Source of the DNA: Octopus bimaculoides | Lineage: Eukaryota | Assembly: GCF_001194135.2 (NCBI RefSeq) | Contig: NC_068986.1 | Location: 105,687,531 to 105,751,530, forward strand | Length of the DNA stretch: 64,000 bases | Direction: 5' to 3' | In this document: positions 36,902-49,730 of the stretch, in pieces | Position numbering within the stretch: the first letter of the stretch is position 1 | How the letters are laid out: each line of letters starts with the position of its first letter | Notes under the pieces: generated by a model | Databases searched by the model: none | The model's input: only the letters and a program-made list of their open reading frames with translations | What the model was told of the DNA's origin: nothing | Program-made: the position numbers and the translations under genes

Positions 36902-37090
36902 TTGCTGAAAAGCTCCTGGTTTTGGGTAAAAAGAAATACTGGAAGATCAGTCATGATTTTATTCAGTATGTTCCCCTCTCCGATTTATACACTTATCGCA
37001 ACAGTCCTTCAGTTTTTCTGAGCACTGTAAATGAACTCGGAATGTTGGGCCTCCAACCAGGCCTTTCGCGACACCCTTAAAGCCCCTTCA
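36895..37090 (-). mobile_element. Mariner-derived MITE, third copy
   Basis: Reverse complement of the 51993-52214 family. Confidence 0.65.
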
Positions 37091-37902
37091 TGTTTCTTTT
37101 GCTTTTTTTATTTAGTTATTTATTCTTTAAGAACAGTAACATCATCCTTTATAGGACTGCCACATTTTATTGGCATATAAACATTACTTTCCGGTAGTGT
37201 TACTGTCTATCTCTCGCTCGCTCAGAGATTTAAAACTAGTTTTTCTCTATACGAGATCTGTGACTGTGTGTCGCTTAAGAAATATATAGTATTTGCAAGT
37301 GGAGAGAGCTTTAGTCACTAGCTTGTGGTTGTCTCACAATGAGGACAGATAACGTCCAGAAAACTAGGTCTGTGCGTATCCCACGTAAGGCTAGAGGTGG
37401 GAGCGATGACCGTCCTTGCAAATGCTATACGGACACAAACTGTGTCGACAGCCAGCTGGAAAAGATGTTTCCTGGGGCTAAAACAACAGTAACATCGTTC
37501 TAATGGCATATAAATATGATTATCTTGTACTGTTACTGTATATCTCTCGCTCTATACTACTTTAAAAACTGGTGATGTCTGAGACGTTTTGGCGCTGCCA
37601 TTTTGGCGCTACCGTTGTGGCGCTGCCGCTTTGGCGTCGCTGACGAGACGCCGATCTATTTGGTATCAGACGTTTTACTGTTACTCTCGTTTTCGCCTTA
37701 GCTCTTTTTCTTTCTCTTTCAATTTCTCTCTCTCCGGACTTAAAATGAATACTGGGATCAATTTGTTCCATTGTTCAACCCTTTATGGTGATGCCCCAGT
37801 AAGGCCGCTTTCTAAAGACTGAAGCAAAAAAAATAATAATGTGTGTATGGGTGTGTGTACACACGTACACTCAGATAAAAGACCACAGATGCAGTCTAAA
37901 AT

Positions 37903-37982
37903 CTACGATAGCTGTTTCAGTAGAATTTTATTGATGTATTCATAAATTACGTCGTAACATACAGTCCATCATCTTCAGGCAG
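37903..37982 (-). ncRNA. Decayed hammerhead-like motif with a long stem II
   Basis: CUGC-CUGAAGA-U-[GAUGGA...UCUACU]-GAAA-CAGCUA-UC-GUAG; stem III is one change from the palindrome ACAGCUGU. Confidence 0.4.
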
Positions 37983-38119
37983 GTATATAAACAGGGGAGA
38001 TAATACTCTAATGGCGATAAAACCAATCAACATGCTGGAAAAGTGGAACTTTAAAGATTAAATTTGAATTTATAGAGGAATTAAGAGTGGCTTCTAATTT
38101 CTCTATAAATTCGGACAGG

Positions 38120-38470
38120 CGTGGCAAGACGCTTGCTTCCAAACCACACGGTTCCGGATTTAGTCCCACTGCATGGCACCTTGAGCAAGTGTCTTCTACT
38201 ATAGCTTCAGCCGACCAAAGCCTTGTAAGTGGGTTTGGTAGACGGAAACTAAAAGAAGCTCGTCGTATGTTCATGTGCGTGTTTGTCCCCCATTACTACC
38301 TGACAATAGATATTGGTGTGTTTACGTCTCAGTAAATTAGCGGTTCGACAAAAGAGACTGATAGGATAGTACTAGGCTTTAAAAGAAAAACGAGTGGTCG
38401 ATTTATTCGATTAAAACCCTCCAAGGTGGTGCTCTAGCATGGCCGCAGTCAAATGATTAAAATAAGTTAA
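38120..38470 (+). mobile_element. SINE family B, diverged
   Basis: Homology to 1360-1722. Confidence 0.75.
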
Positions 38471-38949
38471 AAGACCGACAAACAGAGACCGACGGACAGA
38501 TACAAACAGACAGATACACGCAGGTAGATACACGCAGGTAGATACAAACAGGTAGATACAAACAGGTAGACAGATATACTCCACCTTGCTTCTGTGAAAC
38601 CCACTTTCGTTGACTTCCGGATATTCGTACAAACTTTTCCTTGCAGAGACTCAGTTTGTGAAATATTCCACCTTTAAAAGAAAAAGTATTATTATTTTGA
38701 TTGATATTATAATTTTTATTCTTTCTATTACTGCTCTTCTTTATATTTTAATACGGCGAGATTTGCAGAATTATCATCATCATCATCATCATCATCATTA
38801 TTATTATTATTATTTGATGAAAGGCAAAGTTGACTTTGTTTCTCACCCTTCCGGGGCGGCCGATAAATTAAGTATCAGTGAAACTCTGGGGTCGATATAA
38901 TCGACTTATCCCCTCCCCTCAAATTATTATTATTATTATTATTATTATT

Positions 38950-39760
38950 ATGGCGGCGATTTGACAGAAACGTTAGCACGCCGGGTGGAATGCTCAGCAG
39001 TATTTCGTCTGCCGTTACGTTCTGAGTTCAAATTCCGCCGCGGTCAACTTCGCCTTTCATCCTTTCGGGGTCGATAAATTAAGTATCAGTTATGCACTGG
39101 GGTCGGTTTAATCGACTTAATCCCTTTGTTTGTCCCTTCTATGTTCAACCCCTTGTGGGCAATAAAGAAATAAGAAACGTTAGCACGCCGGGCGAAATGC
39201 TTAGCAGTATATCGTCCGACTTGACGTCCTAAGTTCAAATTCCGCCGAGGTCTACTTTGCGTTTCATCCTTTCGGGGTCGTTAAATTAAGTACCAGTTAT
39301 GTACTAGTTCGATCTAATCGACTGGCCCTTCCCCAAAAATTTCAGGCCTTGTGTCTAGAGTAGAAAAGATTATTAATATCATTAAGGCGGTGAGCTGGCA
39401 GAATCGTTTGCAAGCAGGGCGAAATGCTTAGCGGCATTTCATCCGTCTTCACTTCCTGAGTTCAAATTCCGCCGAGGTTACCTTTGCCTTTCGGGATCGA
39501 TAGATTAAGTACCAGTTGAATAATGAGGTTGATGTAATCGGCTTAACCCGTCTCCCAAAATTGCTAGCCTTGTGTCTAAATTTGAAACAATTAATATTAA
39601 TGTAACGCGGCCAGTGGCAGAATCGCCAGTCACCGGACAAAATGCTTAACCAGAGACTCGACTGGGAACGACCTTGCCTTTCATTCTTCGGGGTTAGTAA
39701 GTACCAATTGGTACTGCATTCGACTGGCTTCTTCTTTAAAATTTCAAGCTTTGTGCAAGA
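38950..39760 (+). mobile_element. Tandem cluster of family C SINE units, increasingly diverged to the right
   Basis: Heads at ~38950, 39177, 39385 and ~39610. Confidence 0.8.
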
Positions 39761-40155
39761 GCAGAAAAGGCTAACTTATTCTTTGTGAAATCTAAGGGAC
39801 ATCAAATAACACATGCACAGACACCACGACCTGTTTCAATTAAAGCTACACACGGTTTTATATATGTACTTGCATTCATAAGTGTGTGTACACGTCAACA
39901 CATACAAGATATTATACTAAAACAGTGGTTCCCTACCGTTTTATTTAAATAAGTTTTCCTACTGACTTTCAAAAAACAAAAAAAAACATTACATTCAAAT
40001 TACGATGAACGTAAACAAACAAACGAAGTCTGCTTTTAGAAGCGTTGAGATGTCTTAGAAAGTTAAAGAAGCGATTTTAAATTCTCAAACGCAGAATAAT
40101 GCTAATAATATAGCCTAAACAGGATAAGCTACTCCTATTTTGCAGAAAAAAGTGT

Positions 40156-40234
40156 TGGCGGCCGGCTATGAGACTCGAATTCATACCTCCGTGATTACGC
40201 GTTGCGGTACTTTAAACCATTAAGCTAAACCGCC
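40156..40234 (-). pseudogene. Degenerate tRNA-like sequence followed by a T6 tract
   Basis: GGCGGTTTAGCTTAATGG...GAATTCGAGTCTC...AGCCGGCCGCCA then ACACTTTTTT. A/B boxes are degenerate and there is no clean anticodon arm. Confidence 0.4.
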
Positions 40235-40593
40235 CTCACCACAACTCATATATATNNNNNNNNNNNNNNNNNNNNNNNNNNNNNNNNNNNNNNNNNNNNN
40301 NNNNNNNNNNNNNNNNNNNNNNNNNNNNNNNNNNNNNNNNNNNNNNNNNNNNNNNNNNNNNNNNNNNNNNNNNNNNNNNNNNNNNNNNNNNNNNNNNNNN
40401 AACGTCGACCACTAACGTGGACAATTAATGCGCTAGAAATAGATCACATCTTGTGTGACGTTATTTTTTAAAATGTACCTTAATCCCCTGAGATTGCAGA
40501 TAATATTTCTGAATCTCTTTGATTCTTTAGATGTGCTGGCCTCCTGATAATTAATCGATATTAATTAATATATGACTAATTACCAGATTTTAT

Positions 40594-40626
<33 letters not shown>

Positions 40627-40630
<4 letters not shown>

Positions 40631-40888
40631 AGGCGCGTGGCTTAGTGGTTAGGGTATTCCGATCACGATCGTGAGTTCAATTCCCGGCGATGCGTTGTGT
40701 CCTTGAGCACCACACTATTTCACGTTGCTCCAGTCTATTCAGCTTGCCACACTCTCCCCGCTGAATCTCCCCGAGAACTATGTTGAGGGTACACGTGTCT
40801 GTGGAGTGCTTACTCATTTACACGATACTTTCACGAGCAAGCTGTTCCGTTGATCGTATCAGCGGGGATCCTGGTCGTCGTAACCGAC
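40627..40888 (+). mobile_element. tRNA-derived SINE family E head (GTGTCCTTGAGCA domain) joined to a family A tail
   Basis: TGGCTTAGTGG A box, GAGTTCAATTCC B box, GTGTCCTTGAGCA.CACACT, then CCCCGAGAACTA...CTGTTCCGTTGATCG as in family A. Related family E pieces at 21555-21750 (-), 29265-29390 (+) and 60063-60167 (+). Confidence 0.7.
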
Positions 40889-41515
40889 AATGCTATATAT
40901 ATATATATATATAGTTCACAGACCCCTAGCACGACCTTTGCGAACCACCAGGGGTCCGCGGACCCCCACTTGAGAACCACTATACTATAGAAATGATACA
41001 ATGAAATTGCTAATACAAGCTAGTGAATTATCAGTTCTGTGTGTCAATGACTTGCTCAATGCTAATAAGTGAGGAAACCTAAACGTTCTCACTCAATGCA
41101 CACACATGCCAACGACATACACAGACTGATAAACAGAAACAAACTGATAGTTACATACAATGATACATATACACACGCGCACACACATTACACACACACT
41201 GATACATGTATACACATACATAAATGCACACGCACAGAAATCCACACTCACACACACTGTGCGTTATACATTTTCCACATCGCTCGGTTTTGTGCGCATA
41301 CAAGAAGATTTCGACCACGAAACTTTGGGCTAGTGTAAGGACAGAGAAAAGGGTAAGAAAGAGTAGGAGAGAAAGTGAGGGAGGGAGACAGAATAAAGGA
41401 GGATGAGAGAGAAATGTTCTATACCAAGACACCTGCAAATCGTTGCTATGTTTCTATAGAATTCAGAGCCGGTACCGACAGTACTGATATTTCGCATACA
41501 ATTATATATATATAT

Positions 41516-41568
<53 letters not shown>

Positions 41569-41598
41569 AAGAGAGAGNNNNNNNNNNTATATATATAT

Positions 41599-41673
<75 letters not shown>

Positions 41674-42279
41674 GTTTAGATATTGATTCAAGGTTGAATA
41701 TGGTACTTATACCTTTATATGTATTATATTCTAATACATTTTATAGCCTTGTCCATGCATACTGCTTACACCTTCCCTCTCTTTAGAAGTAATTGTCCCT
41801 TATGCTATCACCACTAGATAAGAAACAATAAAATCTGAGACAGTTAGAACTTGTCTAGAATCAATTACTAGCCTGATAGACTCGGCTATGTCAAGATGGA
41901 CTTATGTATTCTTCCTCACATTTGGATTTTTATGTATTTTCTCTCCCACTTGGATTTGAAATGTTGCCACATTTATCATATGTCTTTTCTACAGTAATTG
42001 TCTGCATTTTCGTGCAGCTGAAGATTGCTCTTCATATTGCATTNNNNNNNNNNNNNNNNNNNNNNNNNNNNNNNNNNNNNNNNNNNNNNNNNNNNNNNNN
42101 NNNNNNNNNNNNNNNNNNNNNNNNNNNNNNNNNNNNNNNNNNNAAAGAAAAAGTAATACACAGATATTCATGTAAAAATAAAAATAAAAATAAGCTTTAT
42201 ATTGTCAAATTATACAATGATATAAATCTTGAAACACGTGTACCGCAGAATCCTTTGTGTTTTTGTTGTTATTTTTTGC

Positions 42280-42318
<39 letters not shown>

Positions 42319-42395
42319 TTTGTCGCTAGCGACAGGTCACAGAAACTCAACTTTCAGGTCTTGTGCCTATAATACCTTCGCTATATATATATGTG

Positions 42396-42431
<36 letters not shown>

Positions 42432-42961
42432 CAAGCAGATAGGTCCAGACGTATATACTTCTACATAATTGTGTGTACGCGAGAGAGCACAAATGCGCGT
42501 GCGAGCGCATTAAAGAATTCATTGACAATAAATGTCAAACTAAACATTGAACGTTAAACAATGTTTGTGTTTACACGTTTATGTGTGGGTGTGTATTGGT
42601 GTATATATGTGAGGATATGTAATGTCTATTGTGTATTGAACACACACACAAATTCTTCTACATTTATAGCTGTTACTACTCTATACTCAAGTTGCCTGAG
42701 TGATGCCATGCTCTGCTTCTGCATTATATACATACATACATATGTATATACATACATACATATGTATACACACACACACATACACGCGCGCACAAGGATA
42801 TCATTCGGCCAGTTCTTGTGTAACAATTTTTTTATTTGCATAGCTTCTTTGTGTGTGTGAATCCGGCCTAGTCTATGTAAGCAATTCTTCGGGTATTTAA
42901 TATCCTGTAAGTAGTTATTTGACACCTGAGTTATATATACATGTGTGTGTGTGTGTGTGTG

Positions 42962-42992
<31 letters not shown>

Positions 42993-43334
42993 NNNNNNNN
43001 NNTATATACATATATATATATATATACATGTGTGTGGGGGGGGGGCAGAGAGAGTAAAATAACCAAGTTGTCCCCTCTTCAAGCACATCTGCTTTCTCCA
43101 TTATTTCAATCTAGTATGTAGTTGGTTTAGTTTTAGTATAGGTGCAAAGTACATATTAAAATTGGGAATTCTGGAAACATTACTTGTAAAACAAAGTCGG
43201 AAAATATATTACTATTATTTATTCACCATCGTTTATGTGTGTGTATGTGTGTGCACGCAATTGAAATTTACAGAAAAAGAAAAGATAGGTGTATGAGCAG
43301 CAAGCAGGTTTGACGCTCGGGTTAGTGAGAAAGT

Positions 43335-43370
43335 CTTTTACATTTCGAGCCTACGCTCTTCAGCAGAAAG
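43335..43370 (-). ncRNA. Decayed minimal hammerhead ribozyme from a different repeat family
   Basis: CUUU-CUGCUGA-A-GAGC-GUAG-GCUC-GAAA-UG-UA-AAAG: stem I 4 bp, stem II 4 bp with a tetraloop, and two changes from consensus (A6>C, C15.2>U). Confidence 0.55.
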
Positions 43371-43521
43371 GAATACGAGGAAATAAACAGAGGGAGAATA
43401 AAGAAAGAATTTGTGGATTTAGCAATCAATCATGGCGACTAATTATAAAGTAAGATTCATTTGAATTAGGTACTTAAATTTAGGCACCTCTTTAGGTCGG
43501 AATCATATACACACACAACAA

Positions 43522-43857
43522 TGTTGGCACTCCGTCGATTACGACGTCGAGGGTTCCAGTTGATACAATCAACGGAACAGCCTGCTCGTGAAATTAACGT
43601 GCAAGTAGCTGAGCACTCCACAGACACGTGTACCCTTAACGTAGTTCTCGGGGATATTCAGCGTGACACAGTGTGTAACTAGGCTGACCCTTTGAATTAC
43701 AGGCACAACAGAAACAGGAAGTAAGAGTGAGAGAAAGTTGTGGTGAAAGAGTACAGCAGGGTTCGCCACCATCCCCTGCCGGAGCCTCGTGGAGCTTTAG
43801 GTGTTTTCGCTCAATAAACACTCACAACGCCCGGTCTGGGAATCGAAACCGCGATCC
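43522..43857 (-). mobile_element. SINE family A, 5'-truncated
   Basis: Homology to family A; CACAACAAT-like duplication on both flanks. Confidence 0.85.
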
Positions 43858-44005
43858 ACACACGCACAACAATATTATGTAAATATCAAACTTGATAGAT
43901 AGGTACCAGCTGAATGATATCCTTGTAGTGTATGTAAACAATTAGACCCAGCTGAGTGGAGAAATCTGCTCTTGAGCTAGTCAAACATATACATTATATC
44001 AAATA

Positions 44006-46519
44006 CAGGCATACCTCACCCTACGTCGTTAATTGGTTCCAGGAGACACTCCTTAAGTCAAAAAACTTGTCTCTGGGCTAAACCAGTAATAACCATTCCC
44101 AGTTCTGTACTTTATTTATGAATGCATTTTCAACATGGTTAAAAAACATTTTAAGCTTACAAACAAATAATTTTTTATTTTTAGAGTACAGTAGAAAAAT
44201 GTAATCTAAATTTACGAATAAAATTTGGCGATGTTTACCATACATCACAGACGCTTTATTTATGAATGCAGTTTTCAATAAGACATGGTAAAATAAAAGC
44301 CATTTTTAAACTTAAAAAGCAAATTCAGTAATTATCATTATTTTGCAATAGTAAATAAAAACTAAATTACTTTAAATTTAACAATACGTACATACAATTT
44401 GGTGGTTTACATCGTTGATGTAGATGGCTGTGGATCGTCCACATCAGCAGCTAACTGGTTATTTTTGTTGTTTGATGCGCTTAAAAAAACAGTTGAGAGT
44501 TCCTTGAACCATCTTTTCCTCAAAGATTACATTTATAGGGAGAAAAAGCTTCGTAATAAGCCACCATAATCTTGGAAAAGCGGTGAGCATTTGGATCCAT
44601 ATCCTCGAACATAGAAAGCCTTATTTAGATATATTGAAATGCTTGAAGTATTTTCTTAATGGTAAACTGACGTGGTCCAGTCTCGACTTCTTTATTTTGC
44701 TGCTTGTGAAGCTCTTTCAACTCCTCATCCGTCAGGGGCTGCTTATCTTTTTCAAATTCTCCGCCTCCAAATCCATTTCTTTGCTCGTAGGCACCAACGT
44801 CTTGTTGATGGCAACATTATCAAACCCCTTAAAATCATTCGTGAATGTGGGTATAGCTTCTTCTGTACACCATTCGTAGCCGTCCTCTGTACACCATTCG
44901 TAGCCGTCCTCTGTACACCATTCCATACTGCTACTATGTTCCGTACATCCTTGTCGATATCGTAACTCTTCCAAAAGTCACGAGGTGTGATGGACTCATC
45001 AAGATCAGTTGCCGCTATTGCTTGCCGCAGCGTACTCTTCATATAGTAACGCTTAAAGATAGCAATTATTCCCTGATCTGTTGGCTGCGGAAGAGACGTG
45101 GTGTTCGGAGATATACGACGGTAATGTTGGGGTCAAAATCTACGATGTTTTTCAGGTGACTAGGAGCGTTATCTAAGATAAATAAAACCTTAAAAAGGAA
45201 TCCCCTTCTTACAGTACTTCTCTGCTGTTGGGATAAAATGAAGGACCAATCTTCAAAAACAACAACAGTAACTCATGCTTTTGAATTAGCCATCCATATA
45301 ACGGAGAGAGATGCCTTGGGTATGATCTTCAGGGCATGGGGGGTGCGCATGATACACAAGCAATGGCTTTAGCTTAAAATCTCCTGCACAATTACCTCCC
45401 AACATAATGGTCATATGTTCTTTTGAGACCTTGTCGCTTGGAATAGTTTTCTCCTCGGAAATGAATGAACCGAACCGTCTGGCAATTTTTTCCATTACAA
45501 TCCAGTTTCGTCTACATTAATAATTTGTTCGGAAAGAAACCGCTTTTCTTCGATGATTTTCTTTAATACATTAGGAAATTCCGCTGCTGGTTGTTCGTCA
45601 GCTGATGCATTTTCACTTTACTTCTTAACGGAGTGATAACTTCTTCGCTACTTAAATCTCATGAACCATCCTTGACTTGCCTTGAACTCTACATCTTTCT
45701 CATCTCGATATTTTTTCTTCAGGTCCTCAAACAAAGACAACGCTTTCTCTTGAATGATTTCTTGACAAATTGTAAGCACGTTGACGATTCAACTTAACAA
45801 TTCAAAGAGAAAGACTTTCCATTTCTTCAAAGATTTTGCTTCTTTTCTTATTGATAAGAGTGTTCTTCATCCCTGGGGCTTCAGATTTGATATGTGCTAA
45901 AATCTTGTACTTATGTACAATCGTCGATACTGTTGTCCGACTCATCTCAAAAGATCGTGCAATTGCTACCAATTTTTCACGGTATTTCATCCCAGCCAGT
46001 TTATCTTCCAGTGTTATAGCATGGCGCTTAGCACTTTTACTATGCATTTTCTTAGGAGCCATGGAGGCAAATAATAAAATCACATATGAATGAGAAAGTA
46101 GCCGATAAACAGACGTAAACAAATCTGAATTCAAAACATTCATGAGAATCACGAGTGGCAACGATGCCTAACGGTAGATATTGGAACTACAGAGCAATAC
46201 GAGCTCCGAAAGAGCGATAAATAAGACAACACAGCTGATTTCATGATTTCGTTCACTAAGCTACGCTACTTAATGGTGTGTATATTAACATTTACTGTAC
46301 ATATTTTAATGATTTTATTCTTATTTATTGTACAGTAACATGATTTTATGTGCTTTTAACGGTTTTCTAGTGATTTTACGATTCTAATATTTGTGACGGA
46401 CAGACGTAAAGTCGAGCAAAATGACAACTTGATTTTTATTGTTCCATACACAATTTTTGAAAACCGACGTATAATCGAGAACGTTTTAAATCGAAACGTC
46501 TTAAGCCGAGGTATGCCTG
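44006..46519 (-). mobile_element. Decayed Tigger/pogo-like DNA transposon, full length (~2.5 kb)
   Basis: TIRs CAGGCATACCTC at both ends with TA TSD. Broken transposase from ATG ~46062 (MAPKK...ITLEDKL HTH); GGNCAGDFKLKPLLVYH, LDNAPSH, QPTDQGIIA.FKRYY and DFWKSY motifs. Confidence 0.9.
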
Positions 46520-46667
46520 TATTTCTATAATATTTACGAAGGGCAGATTCCACTCCACGGAACAAAGAATCGCTGTAAATGCTTTGCTTCGAAGATTTTA
46601 AACTTTGTTAAATAATTTTGAATGTCCCTTATTTTAAAGTTCGTGAATCCATCTGACGAAAACGATT

Positions 46668-46755
46668 TCGTTCCTAAGTTACAGGGACGTAAACACACCA
46701 GCATCGGTTGTCAAGCGATGTTGGGGAGACAAACACACACAACACCCAAAAACAT

Positions 46756-46821
<66 letters not shown>

Positions 46822-46975
46822 GACGGGCTTCTTTCAGTTTCCGTCTACCACAAGGCTTCGGTCGGCCTGAGGCTATAGTAGAAAACACTTGCCCACGGAG
46901 CTACGCAGTAGGACTGAACCCGGAACCATGTGGCTGGTAAGCAAGCTATTTCCCACACAGCCACTCATGCGCCTA
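46668..46975 (-). mobile_element. SINE family B, partial
   Basis: Homology to 1360-1722. Confidence 0.8.
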
Positions 46976-47021
46976 TATATCATTATGTATACTTATATGC
47001 ATATATCCTAATATATACATA

Positions 47022-48241
47022 CAGTGGTTGGACAAAATAATAGTAGCACCATAGCATCATAACTTTCAAATATCTGTAAAACCGCCAAAAGCTTGTTTAT
47101 TTTTATGTTTTTTGATTTATTGTTAGTGTTAATACGTTTTGCTAAAATTGCTGTTTCTTTTCAGATATACTCATGTAACTAAAATTCATGAAAATGACAG
47201 ATCTATCGGACTTTCAAACAAGTCAAATTGTTGGTACTCGTATGGCAGGCGCTAGCGTACCGAAAACAGCCGAAATGTTTGATGTATAAAGACGTACTGT
47301 CTCGAAAGTAATGACAGTCTTTAAGAAAGATGGAAATAACCTCCTCTAAAAAATACTCCGGAAGAAAATCAAAACTTTCGGATAGGGACCGTCGGACTCT
47401 TACGCGAATTGTTAGAAACGATCACAGATGTACAGCTCCAAAATTACTGCAGAGCTTAATGAACACCTCAAGAAACCAGTTTCCACGAAAACTGCTCGCT
47501 GGGAGCTGCACAAAGCCGGATTTCAGGGAAGGGCTGCAGTCAGTAAACAACTACTTCCAAAAATAAACGTTGCAAAGTGTTTTGAGTGGAGCAGAACCTA
47601 CAGAATTGGTCCCTAGAGCAGTGGAAGAATGTTATTTTCTCGGACAAGTCATCCTTTACCTTATTTCCGACCACCGGCCGAGTATACGCGTGAAGACAGT
47701 CAAAAGAAGCATCTAACCTTGATTGCCTTCTTCCAACTGTTAAACATGGAGGATCTGTGATGACCTGGGGGTCTATATCTTGGAAATCCGCCGGTCCAAT
47801 CGTTTCCCTTCATAGCAGAATTAATCTGATCAAATTCATCCTATGGTTGCGGAATTATATTCAGAAGGAAAAGCAATCTTTCAGGATGATAATGCACCTA
47901 TTCACACAGCTAAAGTTGTTACTGAATGGCATGAGGAACATTATAGTGAAATTGAACATCTTATCTGGCCACCACAGTCCCCAGATCTCAATATTATTGA
48001 ACATTTATGGTGCAATTTAGAGAAACAAGTAAGGCGTCGATATCCTGCACCATCGTCACAACAAAAACTGGAGACTCTTTTAATTGAAGAATGAACAAAA
48101 ATTCCTTCGGAAACAAAACTTTGTACGAGTCCACACCTGGTAGAATTCATGCCGTAGTTACTGCCAAAGGCGGTTCTACTCCCTATTAAAATAAATTTGT
48201 TTGAAATTTTAAAATATTTCTATTATTTTGTCCAACCCCTG
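47022..48241 (+). mobile_element. Decayed Tc1-like DNA transposon, full length
   Basis: TIRs CAGTGGTTGGACAAAATAATAG / rc CAGGGGTTGGACAAAATAATAG, with TA on both sides. Transposase from ATG 47194 (MTDLSDFQ..QIVG.RMAGAS) to TAA ~48189 with stops and frameshifts; motifs FQDDNAPIH and WPPQSPDLNIIEHLW. Confidence 0.92.
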
Positions 48242-48964
48242 TACATATGTATGTATATCTTATATGCATATATCATATATACATATATCTATATATGTAA
48301 ATATCATATGATCGTTATGTTAGATAATAGTCATATCCTCTTATAACCATCCGAAACTGCGAAGATGATCTGGAACTCGACTGAGGAAAGAAAACTCCGA
48401 ATGACCCATCCTTGTATTTCCTCGTCCCTTTTTGTATCATGTCTGAATGTCTTGTTGTCACCCGTTGCGTTCTTGTTCCATTTTTTGTATTCGTGCGTGC
48501 GTGCGTGCGTATATATATATATATATAGCAATATTAAATTGTTGAGCGAGAAGTAAACAGTAGTAGCGCGGATCCGTGAAATATATTTGCTACCTAAACG
48601 TGGCGGACCCCTACGGGACGATGCTGCTGATGTTTATAGCCCCAGGAAGACATCTCCTCCAGCTGGCTAATGACACACTGTTCGTTAAGTATTTTCCGAA
48701 GGGGAAAATCATCGTTCTCATCTCTGGCCTTACGTGATACACACAGACCGTCGGCCCGAGGCTATGGTAGAAGACACTTACCCAAGGTTCCACACAGTGG
48801 AACTGAACACGGGCCCATGTGGTTGAGCTACAAGCTTCTTGCCACACAGTCACACTAAAGTTTGTAAATATGGAAAGTACGTACTCTGTTAAAAAGTACT
48901 GAGTAATCCTTTCGTTTTCTGTTGAATTATTTTCATAGGTAACTTCACACAGAAATAAATATTT

Positions 48965-48998
<34 letters not shown>

Positions 48999-49074
48999 CT
49001 GAGACAGGGAGAACACAGAGATGGTGTACACAAATATATGTGGTAGGTGTCTCACATACGTAATATTGATTTCA

Positions 49075-49730
49075 AATTTTGGTACAAGGCCAGCAATTTA
49101 TGGGGAGAAGATAAGTTGATTACATCGACCTCAATGATCGGTACTTAATTCATCGACCCCGAAAGGATGAAAGGCAAAGTCTAGCCTAGCAGAATTTTAA
49201 CTCTGAACGTAAAGACGGACGACATACCGCTAAGCACTTTGTTCGCTGTCCTAATGATTCTTCTAACTTGTCGCCTTTCACGTACGTAATATTAAGATGT
49301 CTAAATACTTCGATAAACTCTGACTATCCACAATAGAAAAAAAAATAAGGGAGAGAATTCCGTTAAAATCAGTTGACTGGAATTTTTGGACATTATAGGA
49401 AATAAAAGAATAAAGCAAATATGTTCCCGTCTTATTTGGCCTCCTCAGTGGAGAAAATTTTATTCTACTGGCAAGATTCCTCAACATCATGTGTGGGTGT
49501 GTGGGTGTCCAAACAATTATTTCTGCTATCGGTACAAGACCTGAAAGTTTGTTGAAGGGCGATAGTCGATTAGATCGACTTCAGTACGCAACTGGTACTT
49601 AATTTATCGACCCCGAAAGGATGAAAGGCAAAGTCGACCTCGGCGGAATTTGAACTCAGAACGTAGTGGCAGATGAAATACCTTTAAGCATTTCGTCTGG
49701 CGTGCTAATGATTCTGCCATCTCGCCGCCT
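49075..49730 (-). mobile_element. Two family C SINEs (49075-49270, 49530-49730)
   Basis: Homology to family C. Confidence 0.78.

Noticed and set aside
48340-48500. Repeat family (also 51060-51190 and 55330-55930 minus) with CTGA(G/A)GA, CTGACGA and GAAA words
   Set aside because: A real dispersed repeat, possibly pLTR-like, but I could not fold any copy into a valid hammerhead (GAAA missing after stem II, or no stem I).
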